DNA of 64,000 nt from Marsupella aquatica (taxonomy: Eukaryota; Plantae; Marchantiophyta): the NCBI GenBank assembly GCA_973895155.1, contig OZ316891.1:30511112-30575111 (forward strand), in the 5' to 3' direction. This document shows, piece by piece, positions 11,881 through 24,185 of this stretch. The notes below the pieces were generated by a model. It was given only the letters and a program-made list of their open reading frames with translations. It was not told where the DNA came from and searched no databases. Position numbers and translations under genes: made by a program. Within the stretch, counting starts at the first letter, position 1. The number at the start of each line of letters is the position of its first letter.

Positions 11881-14800
11881 CACACCACAAACATCTACTT
11901 GAGGGTCTAAAATCAACCTTAGTTGGTGGGGTGTAAAATCAAACCTTAGCCTTCATGGGGAGTGTAAGTTTAAATTTACATGATGGGCTGCTTATTGACC
12001 CCATCAGGTGTATTTGAAATGTTAAAACCTCATCTAGACATACCTTTGGTGTGACACCCCCATCATGCAACCTTGGAACTGAGGTTTTTGCTTTTTACCT
12101 TGAGCTGAGTCGCAACCCACTTACAGTACTCTTCCATTATCAGTCCCAACTACTCACGGTTACTTTTTGGCAAGTACAGAGGATGCTTGTGCTTTCAATG
12201 TTGCAGTACCGTGGTAAGGATTTATATGGGTCCACTTTTTGCAGCAGGGTGAGTCAAAAGTTATTTCCCTTTCCTTCCACGGTTTCATAAGAGGCAATTT
12301 CAGGCTCCATTGGCAAGATTGCATGAGAAAATGAGGATCATTGGAACTCCAGAGGGTAGCCCCAAGCCCTTTGAAGGGCTCTCCAGGCTATCCCTATTCT
12401 GGTGGTGGGGGCGGGGGCGGGCGGGCTGGTGGAGGGGGGGCCAAAGACCCTAAGTTTTTCAGGTCTTGACTTGAGTCAAAACTCTTGTTAACTCTGGTAA
12501 CCCAAAGGATTTTTTAATGAAAACTTTGGTAGAATGCTTCTCTTCTTTGCAAACAAACAATCTCACGTTTTACTCTAAAGGTCAGATGCCCACGAAGTTT
12601 CTATAAACTCACCCACCAATTTGAGACCTATGAGATAAGTCCTACTGGTTTACAAAGGAGTATTTACTCGTGTACTAGGGTCTTGTGTTCAGGGGACTCC
12701 AATGGAGCATTGGACAGCCCCAAACAAAAAGTGCTGCAGAGGGGCATTCTGTTCTAATAGAAAGCCCTGGGCGTTCTAGTTGAGGTTCAAATTGTAAGTT
12801 TGGAAGGGATTAAACTAGGCTTTTGTTGAGATAGGATTTTCTAGCTGAGTCAAGAGTGAAGGCCAAAATTTCATGTTCAGACAAAACAAAACACCAGCCC
12901 CCTGGGCTTCTAATTATATAGAGCCTTCAATTAAAGTAACATTGTAATTTAAACACTTTTTATCGAACACCCTGTTTTTGACATTTTTGAACACAAGCCT
13001 GCGCCTTGAGTTCAGGCTAATAAAGACCATAGCCAAACCTTATGATCCATCCAAGCATCATTTTCAATTAATATTCACAGATCGAGTGTTTCCGGCCGGA
13101 CCGGCTCCTTTTAATTGATGGGGCTGTTGTGCATTCCCAAGTGAAAGTACGAGTCAGTTACTACAAATATAGTTGGATAGAGTTCCCTTCGAGAGGGGAA
13201 AACGACAAATCAGTAAATGGAGCACTTACCTTTCCTCAGAAAAGTTCAAATTTAGTAAACAGTAATGATTAAAAATGGCGTTTTCTAATTTAAATTGTGT
13301 ACCGATTTCATGTATCATCGATATGGTATAACAACCATAACAGTACGTATAGTAGTTGTAGATTCTGTATAATATCTTATTAGTGATCACAGTTCGATAC
13401 AAACAAAGCCGACCGTCAAAAACGGAGGAAACAAAGGGGGTAAAAAAGCCAACCGTCTCCAGAAATAAAGATGCCGATTAGACTGTGGCAGTTTGACCCA
13501 TTCAAAAGCGTCGTCCAATCGCTTTTAGTACATTACTTTCCCAGTGGCTTTTCTTGCAGTCAGGAACTGTAATCAGCTGTAATTAAGGCGCTCCATTTAC
13601 ACATACTGCAGTCAGAGAATCCGTGCAAGGAAGGTCAGGAGTCGCCTCTTACAGCCCAAACCTTAGTGACACGAACAGAATAATTATTAAGATTATCATT
13701 CTGTTAGCCTTCGAACTTTACTGCCCAGAAGCGATAGTATCGACTTCGAGGCAAGTAAATCAAATCGGATCATTACGCAATGATAACTTTTTATTCTCGC
13801 CGAAAATATCTTGACCTTCCATTCTTACATCCAACGTTGCAGAAAGTAGCTGATTCATTACCGTCGTCAGTATCTACGTATCCCTAATGTATCTACTGTA
13901 TGGCGCTACACTCTTGTTCGCCCTAAACTCAAAGTCTCAAACTATGAATTTTAGACTGGTTGACCGTAATTGGTATGTATCATACTAAATACAAATTGAC
14001 AATAATACGGGTTGCTTTTTAACTAGTGCATACATGAAAGTGAAACCCAGATGGATCATCATTGGATCACCTCGTGACTGAACGTGTTTGGTCTCTGGGT
14101 GGTCTCTTGGCCTTTTGATCGCATGTGATCTGGCCTGTTACTCCCAATCGTTTTATTGGGTTTTACTTTTCACATAAGTAAAGTGCTCCTTTCAAGAAAA
14201 GAAAAGAAAAACCAGATGGATCATCATTGGACAAAGTGCTTTCCTGAATCACATTTTGGTGGTCCATAATTTTAATATTATGAGTCATTAAAAAAAAACT
14301 GGTTTAGCCCTGCAAGGCAAATAGAGAAGGAGGAGACTTTAAACAACACAAGTTCAGATATCACATGAAAACAATGAAAATTAATCTCATAGAATTTACC
14401 CCTCCTCATTCCATGTTACAAATATCTCACATTAAAACAATGAAAATTAATCTAATAGAATTTACCCCTCCTCATTCCATGATGAATCACTCAACCACAA
14501 TGGCCAAAACTTCACTGTCACTTTGATGTAAACGTAAGTTACCTACTCCTCTAGCACATACTCAAATCTATAAAATAACTGAAATTACTAACATCAAGTT
14601 GCTATAATTATACTCAAGTTTTGGGAAATGTGATCCATAGGAGTTTTCAAAGACATTGTGGTCCATGGCCGAACCACTTGTTTGATACACAGTATTGTAA
14701 AAAACAACAAATTGTTTATTTTGTACTAAACTATATGAAACCTTTGTATACCTGGGTAAACATGTAAATGTGAATTAAGTATCTCAAGAAATAATAACAT

Positions 14801-15689
14801 TATTTGAATGTTAAGCCTAGATACACCTAGGGTTTGCTATGAAGCGCCCATGGATTTGTCCTTCCCAGAGTGGTAAGTAGTCACTCATGCCCAAATTACT
14901 CAGGGAGTCCTCCTCAAAAGTGAAACATCCATTGGCAATTACTTAGTGTATAATATTTGATCAATTTTGCACTCATAGGCAATGGAGCAAGTTATGTCAA
15001 AAGAATCTGAAACTTTGTCAAGTAAAAGAATGGACATCAGAAATTTGCACTTAAACATAGATCCATAAGTTGTCTAAATAAATGCACTATTTCCCTAAAA
15101 ACCAACATTCTACAGTTTTTAGGAATACCTGGAAAAACTTGGGACGTCCTTCTCATAAATGAAACATCCTTCTAAAGATATCAAGTGAGTATGAATGTTG
15201 GGTGTGAAGTGAAGGACGGCCCATGGAGATGGGAAAAACGACAACCCCCTCAATCCATCATGCTTAAGTTTTAACATAATTTTCTATTCTAGAATTGAAA
15301 TATTTCAAAAACACCAAATTAGACATAAATTCTTAGTAGAATTAAAGTTATAATATAGTCAGTGCAAAACTAAACATACACCGTCCGGTACAAATACAAC
15401 AATGGTACATTTATGAACGAAGTACAGTGATAACACTCAGTAGGAATTAACACTATTGGAGTGTCCACACTAATTACGGAAAGGAGGGTAATTCATGCTT
15501 GCAAAAATAGTGTGACTAACACATTCAGAAGTAGACCCTGAAATTGGCCCTCTCACATTAGTGTGAGTAACAGTAATTAAGGTGTGAACAGTGTAGCGCA
15601 TTGCCAAAGGAAAAAAAAATTGGGAGACTGCATCACAAACAGAGGAGACCCAATCAAGTGCCCCTTAAAGGGGAGAACTCAAGGGAACA

Positions 15690-16850
15690 AAAAATCGGAA
15701 AGGGGAAACTTCCCTAGGTAGTGGCACAATTGGTTTATAGACCTTGAAAATCCCCCTTCTGATTTTTTTTGGTATATAGATTCTTACAGGGGGGGAGAGG
15801 ATCCCAAAAGCACGAGACCCCAAGGTGCCATAAAGCTGAGAAAGGCAGGGAAAATCCTTTCGGAAGAGGAAATTCCTATCCCAAGTGGCACAACTGGTTT
15901 GTAGGTGTTGAAACTCCCCTTCTGTATTTTTTATTTTGTCTCTTCATTCTTATACTGAGGCAGGGCCCCAAATCCAGCACACACTGTATAACATATACCA
16001 CTTGTTACACACATCCCATCATGAGTGCAGACACAAGAGAATGATATAGAAATGGAACAAGAATGGAACTCATGTCCACGAAACCCACAATCACCCCCTA
16101 GCTGGTAGTGAGGTCCCCTAACTCTATCAAGCCATAGTTTCTACCAGGTCAATATACACCTAGTGAAATGAGAAGATCAAGAGGCCAGGTGCAAGTGAGC
16201 CTCATTGATCACCTGCCATTAATACATACGTCAAACTAGTTGGATTCACCGACACAGGCACTGACATTGAGGGCATTGTCTCAGTAATTGAGCCCAATTC
16301 AGTACCACCAATGCACCACAATCCCGTCCAATGCAATCACACTCGTATGTTAAGGCCAATGCATCTTTGCTTCAAGGCATCCACATCACTAACAGCAGGT
16401 CTGGCCACCCACACCATAGCCACCAGAGTTTGTGTGCTTCAAAGGCTCAAAATCAAAAGATGGACTTTCAAGCGGCCACAAATGGATAGCTATCTCTTGC
16501 ACACAAAACTCTAACCACTCACATTATACAAATATAAAATCCCTAAACTTAGATAGCACAATTTATTATCATACTACTCATAATGGTGTGACAAGGAGAA
16601 CACCAAGGGAAAAACCCTTTTGAAAGGGGAAACACCCATAGCAAGTGGCACAACTGGCTTAAAGGCCTTGACTCCACCCCACCCACCCCCAATTCTATAT
16701 GTTTGATTTGTTTGGCATATAAGTTGTTATAGGGAGACAGGATCTCAAAGGCAAGAGACCCCATAAAGTTGAGAGGGCCAAGGAAAACCCCTTTTGAAAA
16801 GGAAAACACACACAGTAAGTGGCACAACTGACTTGTAGGCCTTGAAAACC
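15690..16850. repeat. Four diverged copies of a ~170 bp unit (two tandem pairs)
   Basis: Core agtggcacaaytgry.t.tagg..ttga at ~15720, ~15883, ~16643 and ~16817, each preceded by a gaaa(a/g)gg.aaa motif. Confidence 0.6.
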
Positions 16851-19800
16851 CCTTACCATATTTCAGTTTTTCATAGAAACTGTAATACTGCTAAAAGTGT
16901 TGGTAGTTTACACATACTAGCCCCGAGATTACGCGTTCTTTGCAAGTGAATAGAGAGGAGGACAATAAAAATATCACCAAAATATATACCTTATCATATT
17001 CTTTGAATGATAAAAAAACCATCATGCATGTCATCATTTTAATAATCATTCATAATATATCATACTCTTTTCTATGCATATCTCTCTTTCTATGCATATA
17101 TGTTATGGTGTGGGCATAGAACCCATGTTTTAATGCAAATAGAAATCATGACAAAATTATCATTTGACATACATCATAGTCATTAGTTTTCCATTCACAT
17201 GATGAGCCATGGAGTTATGGTCTAGAGGCTTCAGTCTAGAAACCTAGGCCATCACTCTAGCTTATAGTTGGTGCTTTATAAGTAAGATGAAACAGGATAT
17301 TAAATCTGCCCCATACAGTTTGGGACATAGCCCATAGTTGAAACTTGAGCAGAACTGTTTGGTCTAAGATTGTACTTGTGGCCAGCAAACTTCTAGTGTC
17401 TGTCTACCGCTCCGCGCCCCCCCCCCCCCCACCCCCCCCTCTCCCACTTGAGCTGACCACCAGGACCACACAAAGGATTTTTTCCTTGAGCAGGACAAAG
17501 CTGCCAAAAATAGTTCAGGAGGGTGAATTTTGGGTTTAATCAAATTCAATGAATATATTGTGGTCGGGATTGTGGTGAACTATTTTAGACAAATCAAATA
17601 AAATTGAACGCATCTGGATCATCAAGTGCATGCTAAACTTGGATAGAATAACATTTTTGTTAATATGGCCATTTGGATCATCCGTCCCAAGAAACTTATG
17701 GGTTTTCTTCTCCTCTGCTATCCAGACAACGCAAATGCAATTTATGGTTCACCCTCCGGAGGGTGACACAAGTTTGTTACACTAAAGGGAGTAATAAGGG
17801 GAGCCGCCTTGTGAACCATGTGGTGAGTCATGTGCATTTTCACACCTTATGTCAATTCTCTATACCTCACCTGTGCTCTAACCAAAATGATTGCAATTGT
17901 TTAATCTTACATATGTGGAAGTGGATAATGCAATATCTCTATAGTTCATCTGTGGGGCCAAGCAAGGAAATGTCTCAAACGTCCTGTAGCTTAGCTTCGT
18001 TCCTTCCCTCTACTTCACAGTTGAGTAAAGCATATACATTTTACAAAACAATAAATAATCCTCAATTACTGTAGTTGTGTAAAAAGAGTTCTTCCTTTAG
18101 TCCTTTTTGTTTGGCTTTCTGGGCCCACTAAAGTCATCCATGTTGCACCAAGTTACCAACCAAGTTTGAACGAAAACCACCAATGAATTGCGTGGGAAGT
18201 GGTGTCCATGCGATTACTGTAGTTACCTGTAGCTGCCCACCCACAAGAAAAATATTTTAAAACAAACAATTTGAATCGTTGCTTCTCCTAAGGGCTGGTA
18301 CGTTAGGATGTAGGTATCCAACCCTAGTAGAGGTGAAGGAAAAAAACAAAAGGTTGGAATATTGCTCTTCCCAATAGCAAGCCGATACTGTTATTGTTTT
18401 TGAAATAGAATGCAATAATTGTTGGGTTGTAGAATTACATCTATCCATCTAACAACTATAATAAGAGATCCAATCTTTTCCATTTCTGTGATCTGTTTAC
18501 AAATTAAAAAATGCAGGTTGAGTCTAACCATCCTATTTATCACGTCATTTTCTTTGTGATCATTGGATTATTGGAAAAGGGTGATATGCTTGTGTGGCAG
18601 ATAACTTGTGCAGTGGGAGTGTGGGACATACACATGAGGAGTAAGCGGGCTCCTGGTCATGGGACAGGGCAGGGTCGCGGGCTGGCAGGGGACATGGGCA
18701 GGGCACCCTCACCTGACTTGCTCCCTAAGGGCTCCCTGATATTCACCCACCAACAACAGCAACATTTTGTGTAATGCACAGGAGTATACAGTAATTACTA
18801 CCTCACCACCACAACAAGTGTGCAACTTGTGGGCATGCATCAAGTATACAATGAAAGGCTGTTTATCTTGAAGATTTCAATATTATCTGTAAAACCACAC
18901 CATTAGTCATTCATGAAGATTTCAATTAGGAACAGGAATTGTCCCTCTAATGCGAGGTCTGGGTTTTTCTTTCTTGTTCTTTTTTTCTTTCTTTTTTTCT
19001 TTCTTTGTCTTTTTGGGAAAGGGAAAGGGAAACCAGCCCAGTCAAACAACCCAACCATCTTGCCATCTAGGGCAAGAGGGAAAATCCTTTCAGCCCTCGG
19101 TCCATAAATCAAAGAAAAATTGTGTCTCATTATTCCTGGTTTATAAATGGTGCAGAGAAATATTGCCTCATTTTTGGCACTTGTTTAGCAAGGTCATTCC
19201 CCATTGCAACAGTGACATACATATAGGGCAAATTACACCCAGAGGGGTCCCGAAGTGGATTGTTCCAAGGAAGCCATGCCACTATGCCAGCACTGATGCC
19301 TGACTGTGCCTTGTAAAAGGACAATGCAAAAGGTATGTTGAACCAGGGGCTGTGCTCAGAATCTAACAGCCTGGGAATCCAACATACCTTCCCTCCTACG
19401 CAGCGGCCCAATCTTGTACCCTCAAAACCTTGGAGCATGGAGAGAAGTTGAACCTTAGACCTTTTCTATCCCATAGCCAATCAATCCCCTGGCCACCTGA
19501 GCACTAGCCTTGAAATTAGGAACAATTTAATTGACTAGTGCTCATCAGCATGAAATGTTTATTTAATCACTATAATGCAGCTGTGCGACATGCAACGCAA
19601 AAGAATCTCACCTTCTTATATCCCTCAAAAGGTAGCCCACAAACACGATGGACAAAGGACATAATACAAGTAATCTGCGAAGATCCTATTTGACTCCTAG
19701 TGATGCACTCGTTGGAGAGGGTCACAAAGATCTAACCCTTCAAGTACTCAATTCACTTGGAAAGGGTCAAGGTGATGCTACTAAAAATGTAGTAGAAAGT

Positions 19801-21877
19801 GGCAACAACTAAACCAAACACTTTCAAGAATGCATGGAAGAACATGGACTCCTTCCAATTGGACATAGTTTTACCACAGATCCCACCTTGTTCTCATCCC
19901 CAATCTAAGGACAATGGGACCACTGTTGGCCGAGATAGTTAGTCAAATGAGTCTCCCCATGGTTTGACATGTAATTGAGGAACAAACAAAGATAGGTAGG
20001 TATTACGAAGTTTGGGACTACTTGTATTTTAATCTTGATTGAACATTTTACCTACACAGTTTGAAAAGGGGACAGTCAATTTGCCATCTCCTGGAATTAA
20101 CTGTCCGCTTTTGGAATTGACTGTCCCCTTTTCAAATTGGATTTGCCATTCACACACACACCTCTCCAAATCACTGAAGACTGGACTAAAGAAATACCCT
20201 GATGGAAGGTAACAAAACTGTAAGGTGTAGGGTAACCCATCCCCAAGAGGGGGTAGTGGGCTGTAGTCTCCGAGGGTGCTGAGCCCGAGGGGGTTACAAA
20301 CATTTTTCCCAAGTGGGGATGAGTTACCAGACGTGAAGGCTAAGTGAATTTTTACACAACATTTAGTTCAATTTTACACAGGAAAAGTCGGATTTGCCAT
20401 AATTGTCTGCCAATGGCACTTTATTCTGTTTCTCATTCAAATTTCAATATCCCAAGGCTAGACTGGCCCAGGGGTTCTGTGGCTTCACCCAGGGTAATGC
20501 CTTTTAGCCTTGTACACACATACAAAAGGAAAAATTCAAGAAGTATTATGATCACGCCACCTCACAAAAAATACTCACAGAAGGGTAATAAAACAGCAAA
20601 GATATGAGTAATATGACAAGCCATGTGCATGAATAAGTTGCATAGATTCCTTGTGATTCTTGAGACCATGAGGTTCCATTGACCTGGTAGCAACACCTAA
20701 TATAGGAGCGTGAGGTGCATAAACAATGCTATGCATTATGTGTGTAAAAGAAAAGAAATATGACTGTTTATGCTTGCATTGTGTGTGTTTGTACTTTACT
20801 TGTCGGCTGTGAATAAAGCTTCCAACTTCATAAAACAAAATCTAATAATGTAGCCACGTGCATATTGTACACTATTTGAATTTTGCGCACCATGCAATAT
20901 TGTACATATGTTGCTCTGAGTGACCTACCGTAAGGGGCTTTAGCTTAAAGTCACATATTGTCATGCTCCTTCTCTTAGGGGATGGGGCCTGAAAACCACA
21001 TTATAGAGATCCCCAGACCCAGTAGAAGTAGAAACTTCCTGGAATTTGGGTTATTCCACGAGAGAAACTAAGAACCCAACATTCATTCCAAAGTTGGAAA
21101 AGTCCCAAAGGTAAAACCTTGGAATTATACAAAGAATATAAACCAGACTGGTTGTCCTTTAAAAAGCAAACAAACTCTGGAAATGAATGGAGAGCTTGTT
21201 CTTACTTTATAGTTTCGCATTTTTCCCGTTTCCGATGGCTTGTTTCCCGTGTCAGATGCACAATGACATATCCTGTACACGGTTTTCTAATCGCAACTTC
21301 ATTTAATCGGCTTCAAATGATTGTACTTGTGGATCTTAGTCCAAGCTGATGAACGGTCTCCCCCAAAGTAAAACTAAGGAAGTGCGGTACATGGGTTTTA
21401 AAGGCAACAAAAAATAAAATAAGATGAAGTACTCGACAAAAACTACTTGCAAAGTGGTACAAATGAACAGAATGAAATATATAGTAAATTGTTATCCTGA
21501 TCACAAAAGCCTGCTTGAAATATTGAAGTAATAATTTGCAGACAAGTGTAAGCCTCTGACAACTGTTGCTAGCTAAAGGCCAAGATCTAGTTTAGAAGAG
21601 CCACTTTTAGAAACTTGGTTTTAATATTAGGTTTTTGAACTGACGGAAACTCAAAGCAACTTGTACAAACAAGTTGCTTGGAACGAGGTATGGAATTTGA
21701 AATCCTGAAAATTGGGCAGGTGAAATTGTCAGGAATGTTTTGGATTAATAGATAATCTTTGTCCAGCATGTAAACAAGGGTACCCAATATGATATTTGGG
21801 CACATACCTCCTTCCAAATGGGCAAAAAATATAAATAAATGTGGTAACTTGTAGGGGCAGAATGTAAAGCCTGGATG

Positions 21878-22284
21878 GGCCAAGGGTTTGTCTTGCCCAT
21901 ACACATGGACTGCATAAAGTCATCATCCAGTTTACACGGGGAAAAAAGTGACCAACTGCTTTTGGAAGGACGCCTCAAGTTGTCTTTCCAGGTGCCCCGA
22001 CCAACTGTAAATTGCTGGTTATGGCAGACTTCTGCATTTATTTGGACAACTATTGTATTTTTGTTTGATAGGCCAAGGGTTTGTCCTGCCCATACACATG
22101 GACTCCATAAAGTCATCATCCAGTTTACACCAGAAAGAAAAAGTGACCAACTGCTTTTGGAAGGACGCCTCAAGTTGTCTTTCCAGGTGCCCCAAGTTGT
22201 CTTTCCAGGTGCCCCGACCTCGGCCCCTACCAACTGTAAATTGCTGGTTATGGCAGACTTCTGCATTGATTTGGACAACTATTG
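21878..22284. repeat. Tandem duplication, ~190-210 bp x2
   Basis: ggccaagggtttgtc...ttggacaactattg starts at 21878 and again at 22071. Confidence 0.85.
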
Positions 22285-22989
22285 GATTTTTGTTAAAGCT
22301 TAAATTTTGCTATCATGTTCTCTGATATCAAATCTATTACCTAACAAAGTTTGAGATTTTTCTGAGATAAGTAGCTACATTTCCAATGAGCACTAAAGTA
22401 ACTATTTTAAACCAACTTCCAACTAATACTTGATGCCTTGTAGTTTAAGCATAAGCGGAGAATTACCAATTTTTGCAAAGGATGCCCCGAGGAGTTTGGG
22501 CATGAAGGGCTAATTGTCACTTTTGGGAAGAATGCTTCAATTTTGTGAAAGATGTCCTGAGTATTTGGGAATGGCCGTTGAGTACCACTAGTACACTAAA
22601 ATTGAGACTGGCTGCAAATGGTAAAGAGGCCTATTTACAGATCACACTTTAATAGAAATTGGAACAGGTGCTACCCGGGTCTTTAAGGATATCAGTCCAC
22701 TCAAGCTTCAGAAATACATCCGGGCTTCTTACCAAAACCTTTCAGTCCATCGGGCTTCAAAATAAACCCCTCGGTCGATCCCGGTTTGCTTTATAATTAT
22801 AATATGGGTGACATTTTTATAATAATAAATAATAACTATGCTACAGAGATAATGCAAGGGCTACGGTGGGGGCAGGAATGGAGTCCCGGGAACCCGGTTT
22901 AATCTGACGGGCACCTTGACGCCTTGTCGGGCACGTCAAATCGTCAAATGACGGCCCGAAAACATGCAATTTGACGTATATTCCTGAAG

Positions 22990-23525
22990 ATTCTCCCGAA
23001 CGAACCCCGACTTCCCCGGACCTTTTGCGAACACCTCCCGAGCACCCCGGACCTGAACCCGAACTCCCCCTGACCCGAATCCGGACTCCCGGGCCCTTCC
23101 CGGACCCTCCCCGGACCCTCCCGGGCCTTTCCCGGAACCTCGCCGGACCCTCCCCCGAACACTCCCCGGACTCTCGGGCCTTTCCCGGACCCTCCCCGGA
23201 CCCCCACCCGAACCCTCCCCGGACCCCCACCCGAACCCTGCCCGGACCCTTCCGGGGCCGGCCGGGGTAAAGGTGGCCCGGGGGACGGGATTCGGGGAAC
23301 CGGGGACGGGGGGCATTCGGGGAAGAGGATTCGGGGAACCGGGAAAGGGGGGCCGGGATTCGGGGATTTGGGGAACGGGGTTCGGGGAACGGGGTTCGGG
23401 GAACGAGGTAGGGGGTTCGGGGAAGGGGGTTCGGGTAGGGGGTTCGGGGATGCGGGAAACGGGGTTCGGGGAACGGGGTGCGGGGTTCGGGGAACGGGGT
23501 GCGGGGTTCGGGGACGGGGCTCAGG
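22990..23525. repeat. Left subterminal GC-rich repeat block: C-rich (CCCGGACC/CCCGAACC) half followed by G-rich (GGGGTTCGGGGAAC) half
   Basis: Directly visible short-motif arrays whose orientation flips near 23255-23270. Confidence 0.9.
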
Positions 23526-23739
23526 AATTGGTGGCCGGGGAAGAGTTAGAGGCGGGATTAGGGTTAGGGGAGCGAGATTAGGGTTAAGGGAGGCGCAATT
23601 AGGGTTAGGATCAAAGATTAAGAGTTTTAAGAGAGGATAAGAAGTAGATGATTTAGTATAAGTAGGAATAACTAATTCATTTCACTAATCCAAAGTCTCA
23701 TTGTGTTTCTCTCTCTTGTGGTTTAGCATTAGGGAGAGA

Positions 23740-24092
23740 TCGGAGGGATACATTGGAACTCTTGTACGCGCATGCTTTGAGCTCGGCTCGGTCTGCGATA
23801 ATTCGTACGAGAAGTTCCTTATATCGCCTTAACAACTTTGCATCATTGTTTTGTTTGAAAGTGAACTACTTGCGAGTAAAGAGATACCCATGTGCATATG
23901 CTTAGAGCTTTGGCTCGGTCTATGACATTTCATATGGGTATCACGATTTCTCGTACATATGTTCACTTCAAAGATAAACTATTGTGAAGTTATAGATATT
24001 ACATAACATAGGTTGAAGTAGGGATGTTGACAAATATAAGAATTTGGGAAACTTTCCTGCGCATGCTTTGAGCTTAGGCCCAGTCTGTGATA
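23740..24092 (+). promoter_or_regulatory. Left inner arm with three copies of a ~37 bp motif (GCGCATGCTTTGAGCT.GGCTCGGTCTGCGATA) upstream of the transposase
   Basis: Copies at 23764, 23891 and 24058. The segment is an inverted homolog of 33189-33540. A regulatory role is inferred. Confidence 0.5.
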
Positions 24093-24185
24093 ATTCAGGA
24101 AAGTAACCCATTGTACTATATTTGTTATATTCACAAAATCAAAAGAATCAACCCTTTTATTTTTTTACCATTGAGAGTCGTAACA

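Noticed and set aside
22841-23640. Several G/P/R-rich ORFs on both strands
   Set aside because: Artefacts of the GC-rich subterminal repeats; open in many frames with no domain.
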